From an uncultured Candidatus Saccharibacteria bacterium (lineage in GTDB: Bacteria > Patescibacteriota > Minisyncoccia > Phycocordibacterales > WO2-35-19), in NCBI GenBank assembly GCA_964589445.1, contig CAZPQX010000001.1:110098-174097 (forward strand): a DNA stretch of 64,000 bases. The letters run 5' to 3'. The translations under genes were made by a program, and so were the position numbers. Every line of letters begins with the position of its first letter. Position 1 is the first letter of the stretch. The notes beneath the pieces were generated by a model, which searched no databases, was not told the origin of the DNA, and was given only the letters and a program-made list of their open reading frames with translations. Below, in pieces: positions 47,368-56,832 of the stretch.

Positions 47368-48409
47368 TTTCGTCTTGGACGAGTACATCTTTGTAGCTTT
47401 CGAGATTTTCAAGGATTATGCCTGTGCCTCGCACCACACAAGTGAGTGGGTCATCAGCAATATAAACTGGCATATTTACTTCTTCTTCTAAGATTTGTGC
47501 CAAGCCTCTCGTTAGAGCACCACCCCCAGAAAGGTGCATTCCCCTGTGCATTATGTCAGAGAGTATTTCAGGAGGAGTAAGTTCCAAAACCTCTTTGGAA
47601 GCTGCCACCAACCTTTCTATGGAATGAGAAATTGCATTTCTAACATCAGAGTCCGTCACGATCACTTCCTTAGGGAGACCCGTCACCAAATCTCTACCTC
47701 TAGCTTTTGTTTCTATTGGCATCTCGCCAGGCAAAAGAGAGCCAATTGTTACTTTTATATTCTCGGCGGTCTTGTCGCCTATGACCATTTTGAATTCACT
47801 CCTTATATAAGAAGATATGTCACTATTTAACTTGTCTCCGGCGATTCTGACATTTTTTGAACTAACCACCCCGCCCATCGATATCACGGCGATATCAGCT
47901 GTGCCGCCACCTATATCTATCACCATATTACCCACCGGGTCATTTATCGGAAGATGCATACCTATAGCAGCAGCTATTGGCTCTTCTACTATATGCACTT
48001 CACTTGCGCCAGCGTTCATGGTCGCATCCCTCACCGCTCTAGTTTCAACATTTGTAATATGAGAAGGTACACCGACTACTACTCTTGGACCCAAAAACTT
48101 TTTAGATATCTCTTGAGATTTTCGAAGAAGAAAATGTATCATCTCTTCTGTAACTTCAAAATCAGAAATGACTCCGCCGACTATTGGTCTCACCACAGAT
48201 ATATGCGGCGGTGTACGACCAAGCATGTTTTTTGCCTCTCTTCCGAGAGCTACAATTTGGCCAGTTTTTTGGTTGAGCGCCACCACAGATGGTTCGTTGA
48301 TTATTATGCCCTTACCCTTCACATAGACAAGCACATTGGCAGTACCGAGGTCTATGCCGATATCATTTCGCAGCATGCTCTTCCACTTTTCTATTTTTTC
48401 TTTAAACAT
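47342..48409 (-). CDS. mreB: Rod shape-determining protein MreB
   Basis: IDLGTAN, EPSVVA, DIGGGT, LSGGGA. Confidence 0.95.
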   Translation of the reverse strand: MFKEKIEKWKSMLRNDIGIDLGTANVLVYVKGKGIIINEPSVVALNQKTGQIVALGREAKNMLGRTPPHISVVRPIVGGVISDFEVTEEMIHFLLRKSQEISKKFLGPRVVVGVPSHITNVETRAVRDATMNAGASEVHIVEEPIAAAIGMHLPINDPVGNMVIDIGGGTADIAVISMGGVVSSKNVRIAGDKLNSDISSYIRSEFKMVIGDKTAENIKVTIGSLLPGEMPIETKARGRDLVTGLPKEVIVTDSDVRNAISHSIERLVAASKEVLELTPPEILSDIMHRGMHLSGGGALTRGLAQILEEEVNMPVYIADDPLTCVVRGTGIILENLESYKDVLVQDENDISSKSI

Positions 48410-48416
48410 TTTTAAA

Positions 48417-49649
48417 TTAGAGGTCTTTTATTTCTACATTTTTTACTTCTTGAGTCTTTCTGTTTTTAAGTTCTACTTTACCAGTGCCTACGTTTTTTTC
48501 GCTCACTACTATTTGATATGGGAGACCGATCAAATCTGCGTCATTAAACTTTTCTCCGGCTCTCAAATCGCGGTCATCATAAAGTACATTGTCTTCGCCA
48601 AGCTTCTCATATATTTCTTTGGCAGCCTTTTCCACTTCAGGATTTTGGGATTTTATCTCCAACAAGTGGTATTTGAAAGGAGCCACAGCCTCTGGCCAAA
48701 ACATTGAATTTTCGCCGCCATTTACCTCAACCAAGACACCCATGAGCCTTGTCACACCAATACCATATGAGCTGAGGTATGCCGGCCTCTTTTCTCCAGC
48801 GCTATCGGCAAAATTCAAGCCCATCTGCTCGGATTTCTTGGTTCCAAAATCAAATATATTACCTACTTCTGCAGCCTTCTTTTTCTCAAAGTCTTCTTCT
48901 TTCATTCCCATTTTTTCGAGAGCCTCCTTACCATAAACCTCTTCATTTATAGCAATACCCTTTTCTTTATTTACATAAATCCAGTCCTCGCCAGCTTCAC
49001 AAACAGTTTGAAATTCGTGACTAAATTTATCAGTAAACACACCCCCAGAAGCTGAAGTAACATAAGTAATGTCGCCAAGACCTACCCTATTGAAAACATT
49101 TTTATAAGCCTCAATTGTTTTGTTATAAAATTCTGTATTCTGAGCTTCTGTTGCTGCAAAATAATACATGTCCTTCATGACAAATTCTCTGCATCGCATA
49201 ATACCGCTCTTAGCTCGGAGCTCGTTTCTGAGTTTGTTTTGAAATTGATGAACACCTCTTGGTAAATCGTTATAACTTGAAATAAATGATTTGATCATTT
49301 CAGTTATAGCTTCTTCGTGTGACCAACCAAAACCTACTTCTGTATCATTTTTAAGTTTTGATTTGAACCACACATCAACCGCTTCATCATCCCACCTACC
49401 TGTTTTTTCCCAAGTTTCTTTTTTTTGGAGAGTAGACATGATTATTTCTACAGAGCCCAAACTCTCCATTTCTTCAGCAATGATCTTTTTGATTTTATTT
49501 ATAGTGATAAGACCCAGAGGTAAAATAGAATACACCCCTGCCATCTCCTTATTTATAAAGCCAGCTCTGATAAGTAACTGCGCGTTTTTGGAAGTCTCGT
49601 CGCTAGGAGCCTCTCTCCTTGTTTTAGTAAAAAGTTTTGATTGCCTCAT
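48417..49649 (-). CDS. proS: Proline--tRNA ligase (short form without editing domain)
   Basis: MRQSKLF, LLIRAGFI, GIMRCREFVMKDMY, YGIGVTR, C-terminal anticodon-binding domain. Confidence 0.93.
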   Translation of the reverse strand: MRQSKLFTKTRREAPSDETSKNAQLLIRAGFINKEMAGVYSILPLGLITINKIKKIIAEEMESLGSVEIIMSTLQKKETWEKTGRWDDEAVDVWFKSKLKNDTEVGFGWSHEEAITEMIKSFISSYNDLPRGVHQFQNKLRNELRAKSGIMRCREFVMKDMYYFAATEAQNTEFYNKTIEAYKNVFNRVGLGDITYVTSASGGVFTDKFSHEFQTVCEAGEDWIYVNKEKGIAINEEVYGKEALEKMGMKEEDFEKKKAAEVGNIFDFGTKKSEQMGLNFADSAGEKRPAYLSSYGIGVTRLMGVLVEVNGGENSMFWPEAVAPFKYHLLEIKSQNPEVEKAAKEIYEKLGEDNVLYDDRDLRAGEKFNDADLIGLPYQIVVSEKNVGTGKVELKNRKTQEVKNVEIKDL

Positions 49650-49687
49650 GGACTTTATGTTATATCAGGCTGTCAATAAGGTCAAAA

Positions 49688-50902
49688 TTAGATAAGTTTC
49701 AATATGTCACGGTATGTCACAAAAAGCATGAGCGCTATCAGGATGAAAAATCCTGCCACATTTGTATACTCTGCGAACTTTTTGTTTATGGGCCTCTTTG
49801 TGATTGCCTCGACAGCCACAAACACAAGCCTACCGCCATCGAGAGCTGGAAATGGCAGAAGATTTATAACCGCCAAGTTTATAGAAATAAGAGCAGTAAA
49901 TGTCACGAGATAAGAAAACCCGAGTTTGGACGCGTCTCCCACCAAACCAACAATACCCACAGGACCAGAAACCTGAGAAACATCAGCCTGCCCCATGAAC
50001 GCATCTTTTATGAGACTCAGAGTCCCAGAGACAGTGAGATAAGTGATAGTAAAAGTAGCTTTGACTCCTTGATATAGTGCCTTATGGATAGGAAGCTTTA
50101 AGGTGCCTACTGTGTCCATACTTATACCAATGGCTTTCTTGCCTTCAACCAAATTTGAATTTGGCTCTATTTCAAAATCAAAAATTTCGTTACCTCTCTC
50201 AACTTTCACACCCACCAAACCTTCTGAAGTATTTATGAGACCTGAGACTTGCTCTGTAGTCGGACTTTTGAAAGAAGAATTTTTGTCAGAAACTTCTATG
50301 ATTTTGTCGCCCGTCTTGAGACCAGAAAGACTAGCAGGAGAGTCTTCGAGCACGCTCACTACTGTAGTTACAGGATTTTCGACTTGGCCTCCAAAATCAT
50401 TTTCGAGTGGAGCTGGTACTCCAATAAGGAAACTTAAAGAAAAAAGCATCCAGGCAAAAATAATATTGAACGTGACACCTGCTGCAAGTATAGTCGCCTG
50501 CCACTTTTTTGAAACTTCTGTAAATCTAAAATTTTTCTGAACAAAATATTCAGAAGAGGCTAGCGAGCCTGACTGAGGCGAGCTCGAGGAAAAATTCAGC
50601 AGAATTTTATCCGTGCTCTTCTGGGTATTTTGTGAAGAAAAATTTTCATTCTTTCGACTCGCAGAAACAACTTCACTGTCTTCCTCATAATTTTCTCCCA
50701 AAATTTTGACGAACCCACCAAAAGGAATCCAGTTGATACTAAAAAGAGTGCCCCATCTTTTACCAAGAGAAATAGCTCTCGGCGGATATCCAAAACCAAA
50801 CTCCTCTACTGCGACACCCGCTTTTTTAGCAGCAAGAAAGTGCCCAAGTTCATGGACAAAAACCAAAACGCTTAAAATTAAGATGAAAATAATTACAGTC
50901 AT
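49688..50902 (-). CDS. rseP: RIP metalloprotease RseP (M50, PDZ) with ~40-aa in-frame insertion
   Basis: HELGH, PFGGFV, NLLPFPALDGG. Confidence 0.93.
   Translation of the reverse strand: MTVIIFILILSVLVFVHELGHFLAAKKAGVAVEEFGFGYPPRAISLGKRWGTLFSINWIPFGGFVKILGENYEEDSEVVSASRKNENFSSQNTQKSTDKILLNFSSSSPQSGSLASSEYFVQKNFRFTEVSKKWQATILAAGVTFNIIFAWMLFSLSFLIGVPAPLENDFGGQVENPVTTVVSVLEDSPASLSGLKTGDKIIEVSDKNSSFKSPTTEQVSGLINTSEGLVGVKVERGNEIFDFEIEPNSNLVEGKKAIGISMDTVGTLKLPIHKALYQGVKATFTITYLTVSGTLSLIKDAFMGQADVSQVSGPVGIVGLVGDASKLGFSYLVTFTALISINLAVINLLPFPALDGGRLVFVAVEAITKRPINKKFAEYTNVAGFFILIALMLFVTYRDILKLI
50528..50646 (+). repeat. Type B hairpin element in frame within rseP
   Basis: Outer IR aaaatttttct-GA-acaaaatattcagaagag; gcct-GACTG-aggc; aaaattc-AGCA-gaatttt. 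Confidence 0.88.
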
Positions 50903-50905
50903 TTT

Positions 50906-51454
50906 TTAGTTCCTTATCTCCTCTTCTTTCTTGTCTGCAATCTCCTGAAATTTACTACCGAACTCCTCTACATATTTTTGCATTTCTTCTTTGAGTCTAA
51001 ACTTATCGTCTTCACCCATGCCACCCTGCTTTTCTTTTTCATCTATTTCTTTGGAAGTTTTGTCGCGAATACCACGAAGAGAAACTCTCGCCTCTTCAAG
51101 TTTACTCTTCACGACCTTCACAAATTGCTCTCTCCTTTCTGAAGTAAGCTCGGGGAATATTACGCGCAAACCTTTTTCAAAAGGAGAAACAGAAAGACCA
51201 AGGTTTGATGTGGTGATTGATTTTTCGATGGCCTTTAGTACCGACTGATCCCAAGGCTCAACTTTTATGGTTCGAGCATCTTCCATGCCGATGTTTGCGA
51301 GCTCCCTTATGGACATTTGGCTACCATATGCCTCGACAGTCACGTTATCAAGAATTGAAATATTGGCCCTGCCAGTCCTTATAGAGGAGAGCTCCTTGCG
51401 AAGCCACTCTTCTACCGCTTTTGATTTTTCTTTGAATTCAGCGAAATTAAACAT
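50906..51454 (-). CDS. frr: Ribosome recycling factor
   Basis: IRTGRAN, PELTSERR. Confidence 0.96.
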   Translation of the reverse strand: MFNFAEFKEKSKAVEEWLRKELSSIRTGRANISILDNVTVEAYGSQMSIRELANIGMEDARTIKVEPWDQSVLKAIEKSITTSNLGLSVSPFEKGLRVIFPELTSERREQFVKVVKSKLEEARVSLRGIRDKTSKEIDEKEKQGGMGEDDKFRLKEEMQKYVEEFGSKFQEIADKKEEEIRN

Positions 51455-51474
51455 GTGATTTAGCTATACGATTA

Positions 51475-52098
51475 TTATAACACGGAACAAATCCACTCCA
51501 GAAGCATTTTTTGAGAAGCGCCTCTCTGCATAGAATAGATTTTGGCTTTTAATATACTATTTTTCTGTGAAAAATTTAATGAATTTTCTGAAGCCAAATC
51601 CTCTAGCCCCGCAATAAAATCTTTTATTTTAGATTTATCTGCATTTTTATGGAGAGACCTGACTACAGAGAGCCTCTCTGCCATACTACCTTCTAAAAAT
51701 TTTTGTGCCTTTGTACTTACTTCTTTTTTATCCAACAAATCCAATATCTCCACCCTGGAAAGAAGGGTTGGTAATATGGAGCCGATGCTTTCAAGTACCA
51801 AGAAAAAGTAAGTTCCCTCCTTTGGCTCCTCTAAAGTTTTGAGCATCGCATTTTGAGCCTCAAAATTTATTGACCTTGAAATGACAACACAAACTTTTGA
51901 GCCTCCTAAAAGAGGCTTACCGATAGCCCACCTCTCTAGCATCCTCGCACCCTCTATACTAAAAGACTCTTCTTCTAAAAGTAAAAAGTCTGGGTTGCCT
52001 TTTGTTTCAAAAGATATTTCTCTAAGCAAAATATCTTGTACCTTTTGCATATGACTTTCATTCGAAAGTATTATATTGGCATGATGAAGCTTGCTCAT
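51475..52098 (-). CDS. holB: DNA polymerase III delta-prime-like subunit
   Basis: NPDF, EAQNAMLKTLEEP, ILPTLLSR. Confidence 0.8.
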   Translation of the reverse strand: MSKLHHANIILSNESHMQKVQDILLREISFETKGNPDFLLLEEESFSIEGARMLERWAIGKPLLGGSKVCVVISRSINFEAQNAMLKTLEEPKEGTYFFLVLESIGSILPTLLSRVEILDLLDKKEVSTKAQKFLEGSMAERLSVVRSLHKNADKSKIKDFIAGLEDLASENSLNFSQKNSILKAKIYSMQRGASQKMLLEWICSVL

Positions 52099-52104
52099 TT
52101 TGGT

Positions 52105-53118
52105 TTACTTCTTAGATATTACTGCTTTTTTGTATGTACCAAGATAACCAAGAGCAATACCAGTACCCTCGACAACGCAAAATAGCGGCTTGTCTGCGAG
52201 TACTGCCTTTACGCCAGTCTTCGAAAAAATAAATTCAGGAAAATTGCGGAGAGATGATGTGCCTCCGGTCATTATTATCCCGTTGTCTATTATGTCAGCA
52301 GCGAGCTCTGGCGGCGTCTCTTGGAGTACATCTTTGACGGCCTTGACCATCTCGCGCAAATCTTTGGAAATAGCTTTTACGATTTCATTTGTTTTTATCT
52401 CGATTGACTTTGGAAGACCTGAGACTATGTCTCTACCTTTAATGGTCATAGAAAGCTCTTCTTCAAGTGGCAATGCAGAACCAATCGTAATTTTTATATC
52501 CTCAGATGTTTTGTCGCCTATAGAAAGATTGAAAGATTTTTTAATGTACTCGATTATGCTTTCATCGAGCCTGTTGCCTGCACATTTGACTGAAGTTGAA
52601 GCTACGATACCGCCAAGCGAGATCACCGCCACATCAATAGTACCTCCACCAATATCTGCAATCATGTGACCCTTGGCTTCATATATAGGGATACCTGCTC
52701 CGATAGCTGCAAGTATTGGCTCTTTTATCACATAAGCGTTTTTGGCACCTGCTTTTATCGCAGCCTCTATCACCGCCCTCCTTTCTGTAGAAGTCACTCC
52801 TGCGGGCACACTTATAAGGACTTCGGGTTTTATAAAACTCCAACCACCTAATGCTTTTTTAATATAGTAAGAGAGCATCACTTCAGTCACCTTATAATCT
52901 GCAATGACACCGTCCTTCATCGGCCTGTAGGCTTTGATGGCGTCAGGTGTCCTGCCTATCATGACTTTAGCTTCGCTACCTACAGCCAGTATCCTGTTGC
53001 TCTCTGCACCAACCGCTACCACAGATGGTTCGTTGAGTACCACACCCTTACCAGGGACGTAAACTAGAGTATTTGCCGTACCGAGATCGATTCCCAGTTT
53101 TTTAGAAAAAAATGACAT
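52105..53118 (-). CDS. MreB/Mbl paralog
   Basis: GIDLGTANT, RPMKDGVIAD, DIGGGT, TPPELAADI. Confidence 0.93.
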   Translation of the reverse strand: MSFFSKKLGIDLGTANTLVYVPGKGVVLNEPSVVAVGAESNRILAVGSEAKVMIGRTPDAIKAYRPMKDGVIADYKVTEVMLSYYIKKALGGWSFIKPEVLISVPAGVTSTERRAVIEAAIKAGAKNAYVIKEPILAAIGAGIPIYEAKGHMIADIGGGTIDVAVISLGGIVASTSVKCAGNRLDESIIEYIKKSFNLSIGDKTSEDIKITIGSALPLEEELSMTIKGRDIVSGLPKSIEIKTNEIVKAISKDLREMVKAVKDVLQETPPELAADIIDNGIIMTGGTSSLRNFPEFIFSKTGVKAVLADKPLFCVVEGTGIALGYLGTYKKAVISKK

Positions 53119-53191
53119 TACCTAAATACTACATACTAAGACGGAAATCGGCAATATTGAGAATATGTCAAATCTCTGACAAAATTTAATT

Positions 53192-55102
53192 ATGTTTGTA
53201 ATAGATTGCCTCCCCTTTTCAAAAGGTCTCAAGAAAGATAATCTTTCATACTTTTCTTCAGAATATGTGACCCCCGGCTCTTTGATCAAAATAACAGTAA
53301 GAAACCAAAAATTATCAGCTCTGGTCATAGACTCAAAAGATGCCCGTGAACGCAAAGCAGAAATAAAATCTGCAGATTTCAAACTAAGCAAAATATCCTC
53401 TCTCGTCTCAAAGCCTTTTTTGAGCAAAGAGTTCCTTTCTGCTGTCCAAGAAACTTCTAGTTTTTTCTCTGCAAACGAAGGCTCCATACTCTCTCAGCTC
53501 ATCCCCGCATCATTTCTTGAAAATCCCTCCCTTATCACATCTAAAAAGAAAAATATTTCTTTCAATACCGAGGAAAAGAAAAAAGCAGATGTGCTAGCCA
53601 TACAGTCTGAAGAGGACGACAGGATGAGCAATTATAGACTGCTCATAAGAGAAGAATTCGCTAAAAACAAATCTGTTTTCTTTTGCATTCCACAAAATGA
53701 AAGTATATTAAATCTCAAAAAAGAACTTTCTCGTGGTATAGACTCATATATATGTACTTTCCACAAAGACATGAGCAAAAAAGAATTCAAGGAGGAATGG
53801 GAAAGAGCAAATGACTCTTCACACCCAGTGGTGATAATAGGCACATCTAAATGGCTTTTTATGGAAAGAGAAGACCTCGGGGCTATCGTGCTTGAAAATG
53901 AAAACAAAAATGGCTGGAAAACTCTCTTTAGGCCTTTTGTGGATATGCGTTTCCTTATTGAAAAATATGCTGAAAAAAGAAGAGTGAGAATTATATTTGG
54001 AGACTTGGTTTTAAGGCTTGAGACACTTAGCCGATATAAACAAGGAGAAATATTGAGTTTTGAAAACGTGAAATGGCGAATAAGTGAGGATGTTGAAACA
54101 AGAGTGATAGACATGAAAAAAGACTTAAAAAAAAGCAGCGAGTTCCGATCTGTGTCTCTTGAGCTACTTGAATCAATAAAAGAAAATATAGAAAACAAAT
54201 CTAACATGTTTATCTTTTCTTCTAGGAAGGGATTTTCTTCAAACATAATATGCAGGGATTGTGGAGAAGAAGTAAAATGTTTCAACTGTGAGAGCCCTAT
54301 GGTTTTGTATAAAAAGAAAAATTTTGATGGAGGAGAAGAAAATATATTTCGCTGCCACCAGTGTGACGAGAGGAGAGATGCCTTAGAGCACTGCCAAAAA
54401 TGCCGCAGCTGGAGGCTTGAGGCTTTTGGGTCGGGCATAGAGAGAGTGGTTGAAGAAATAAAAAAGGTACTACCAGGGGTAGCTTTGTATGAACTAAGTA
54501 GTGACACTGCTACAAGCAGCAACAAGGCTTCAATTATCGTAAACAATTTTTATGAAAACAGAGGAGCAATACTTATCGGGACAGAAATGGCACTCCCCTA
54601 CCTTCATAAAAAAGTTTCTTCTACAGCTATAGCATCTTTTGACTCACTCTTTTCTGTACCTGACTTCCGTATAGGAGAAAAGATTTTTAGTATCATCCTC
54701 GAAACCAAATCTCTAGCAAAAACACGCTTTTTTATACAAACAAGAAACACAGAAGATGAGTACGTAAAAAGTGCTATGAGTGGAAACGTAAATAAATTTT
54801 ATGAAGACGAGCTTGGTGACAGGAGAGCTCTCGGATATCCTCCTTTTGGCATTTTTATCAAAATTACAGTACGAGGACAGAGAAACCTGGTGCAAAAAGA
54901 ATCAGAAAAATTGAAAAAATATTTCTCTGAATATGACAGTTCGTTTTTCTCATCACTCCACGAAAAAAAGGGTGAGGCTTCCTGCTTTAATGCTGTTATA
55001 AAAGTTAAAAAAGAAGAGTGGCCTGACCCAGAAATCAGCTCGATACTCAAATCCCTACCCCCTCACTTCGAAATCAAAGTCGACCCAGACAACCTACTAT
55101 AA
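53192..55102 (+). CDS. priA: Primosomal protein N' (PriA), helicase motifs degenerate
   Basis: RKGF, four CxxC zinc knuckles, GSGIERV, PDFR, YPPF. Confidence 0.85.
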   Translation: MFVIDCLPFSKGLKKDNLSYFSSEYVTPGSLIKITVRNQKLSALVIDSKDARERKAEIKSADFKLSKISSLVSKPFLSKEFLSAVQETSSFFSANEGSILSQLIPASFLENPSLITSKKKNISFNTEEKKKADVLAIQSEEDDRMSNYRLLIREEFAKNKSVFFCIPQNESILNLKKELSRGIDSYICTFHKDMSKKEFKEEWERANDSSHPVVIIGTSKWLFMEREDLGAIVLENENKNGWKTLFRPFVDMRFLIEKYAEKRRVRIIFGDLVLRLETLSRYKQGEILSFENVKWRISEDVETRVIDMKKDLKKSSEFRSVSLELLESIKENIENKSNMFIFSSRKGFSSNIICRDCGEEVKCFNCESPMVLYKKKNFDGGEENIFRCHQCDERRDALEHCQKCRSWRLEAFGSGIERVVEEIKKVLPGVALYELSSDTATSSNKASIIVNNFYENRGAILIGTEMALPYLHKKVSSTAIASFDSLFSVPDFRIGEKIFSIILETKSLAKTRFFIQTRNTEDEYVKSAMSGNVNKFYEDELGDRRALGYPPFGIFIKITVRGQRNLVQKESEKLKKYFSEYDSSFFSSLHEKKGEASCFNAVIKVKKEEWPDPEISSILKSLPPHFEIKVDPDNLL

Positions 55103-55140
55103 GATAGAAAAAATAAGAGAAATGTTGTAAATTATGAAGC

Positions 55141-55698
55141 ATGGAAGGAATATTACAAAGAGAAAATAAGATCTTGAGAAATAAGTCTCTCGAGGTGCCA
55201 GTGGAAGCAATCAAGACTCGCAAAATAGAAGTCATCATAAACATGATGAAAAAAGCGCTTGATTCTCAGGAAGACGGCGTGGCTATCGCAGCTCCTCAAA
55301 TAGGAGAAAATTTGCGCATCTTTGTAGTATCCAAAAGGATATTTGAGATAATGGAAGAGGAAAAAAGTAAGTCCAGGTCAAAGAGAGAAAACTTAGAGAG
55401 CTTCGAGAAAGAGGGACTGGACTACACAGATATGGTTTTTATAAATCCAGTCATTCTCAAACAATCAAAAAAGAAAAGTTTAGTAGAAGAAGGATGCCTA
55501 TCTGTGAGGTGGTTGTATGGAAAAGTAGAGAGGTTCGACAAAACACTTGTACGTGCCTATGACGAGAATGGCCAAATATTTACCATGGGTGGCTCTGGAC
55601 TAATGTCACAAGTTTTCCAACACGAAATAGACCACCTCGACGGAATACTTTTCATAGATAAAGCAAAAAAATTAAAAGAAATGCCACCAAAATCATAA
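55141..55698 (+). CDS. def: Peptide deformylase
   Basis: GVAIAAPQIG, EGCLS, QHEIDHLDG. Confidence 0.97.
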   Translation: MEGILQRENKILRNKSLEVPVEAIKTRKIEVIINMMKKALDSQEDGVAIAAPQIGENLRIFVVSKRIFEIMEEEKSKSRSKRENLESFEKEGLDYTDMVFINPVILKQSKKKSLVEEGCLSVRWLYGKVERFDKTLVRAYDENGQIFTMGGSGLMSQVFQHEIDHLDGILFIDKAKKLKEMPPKS

Positions 55699-55701
55699 TT
55701 C

Positions 55702-56832
55702 ATGATTCATGATTCAAAAAAAATAGCATTTTTCGGTAGCTCAGAATTCAGTGTTTATGTCCTAGATGAACTCCTTTTGCATGGTATAAAACCCTCACTC
55801 ATAGTCACTACACCAGACAAACCAAAAGGTAGGAAGCTAGTGCTCACCCCCAACCCCTGCAAAGTTTGGGCAATAGAAAATGATATTGAAGTTATCGCCC
55901 CTGCTTCTCTTAAAAAAGACAACGAATCCCTGATCCAAAACCTGAAAACTAAAAACTACGACCTATTTTTGGTCGCTTCTTATGGCAAAATAATCCCCAA
56001 AGAGATTTTTGAAATCCCTACAAAACAAACTTTGAACATCCACCCTTCTATGCTCCCGAAATACAGAGGTGCCTCCCCTATCCAATCACAAATTTTAAAT
56101 AATGAAAAAGAAATCGGCGTGAGCATCATGGTCATTAGTGAGGGTATGGATGAGGGGCCGGTGATAACTCAAAAAATTCTTCCGCATCATGCAAATTTTG
56201 ATCGTTCCTCCCTGAAGGGTTCCCACACGACTCAAAATTTCCACGATGCTTCAGAATTTCTGAAGCCGCAGGGTTTTGGGGGGCTTGCGAGCTTGACTGA
56301 AGCGAGCACGAGGAATTTTTTAGCAGAAAAATATCCGTGCCCCCAAAACTCTGTGGCGGAAGAAATTTCCTCGAATCAAAATTTTGATCGTTCTTCAGGC
56401 AAACCAAATGAAAATTTTGACTCCTCCTCCCTAAAGGGTTCCCACGGAGATCAAAATTTTCATTTGGTTTGCCTTGGGAGGATAGAGCTCGAAAGGGTAT
56501 TAGCTATTGAAGGCGCTCGCCTTTTCGCCCACATACTCCCAGAATGGATGCAAGGAGCTATTGACCCCATAATGCAAAACGAAGCAGAGGCGACTTACTG
56601 CAAAAAAATAGAAAAAGAAGATGGGCTTTTGGACTTAAACGACGACCCATACAAAAATTATTTAAAAATAAAAGCCCTTGAAGGCTGGCCTGGCACTTAC
56701 TTTTTCCTAGATGGTAAAAGAGTGATAATCAAAGAAGCCACATTTGAAAATGGTGAACTCGAAATATTAAAAGTCATCCCCGAAGGCAAAAAAGAAATGC
56801 CTTACTCTGACTTCCTCCGTGGACAAAAATAA
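55702..56832 (+). CDS. fmt: Methionyl-tRNA formyltransferase with ~100-aa in-frame insertion
   Basis: TTPDKPKGR, NIHPSMLPKYRGASP, MDEGP; downstream of def. Confidence 0.93.
   Translation: MIHDSKKIAFFGSSEFSVYVLDELLLHGIKPSLIVTTPDKPKGRKLVLTPNPCKVWAIENDIEVIAPASLKKDNESLIQNLKTKNYDLFLVASYGKIIPKEIFEIPTKQTLNIHPSMLPKYRGASPIQSQILNNEKEIGVSIMVISEGMDEGPVITQKILPHHANFDRSSLKGSHTTQNFHDASEFLKPQGFGGLASLTEASTRNFLAEKYPCPQNSVAEEISSNQNFDRSSGKPNENFDSSSLKGSHGDQNFHLVCLGRIELERVLAIEGARLFAHILPEWMQGAIDPIMQNEAEATYCKKIEKEDGLLDLNDDPYKNYLKIKALEGWPGTYFFLDGKRVIIKEATFENGELEILKVIPEGKKEMPYSDFLRGQK
56174..56474 (+). repeat. Composite of type A, type B and type A hairpin elements in frame within fmt
   Basis: Type A 56184-56249; type B 56265-56357 (gctt-GACTG-aagc, atttttt-AGCA-gaaaaat); type A 56397-56474. 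Confidence 0.88.

Noticed and set aside
47342-53118. Two mreB copies as a recent duplication
   Set aside because: The proteins are clearly diverged, and MreB/Mbl paralogs are ordinary.
17065-54546. Long antisense or alternate-frame ORFs (e.g. 17065-17880, 23157-23780, 36847-37317, 44510-45166, 53632-54546)
   Set aside because: They are shadows of well-supported genes on the opposite strand and have no recognisable motifs.
23163-56474. In-frame insertions in UvrB, Tgt, RseP and Fmt as inteins or self-splicing introns
   Set aside because: They are too short, lack C/S...HN intein termini and group I/II core motifs, are DNA palindromes read in different frames, and three fold on the antisense strand.
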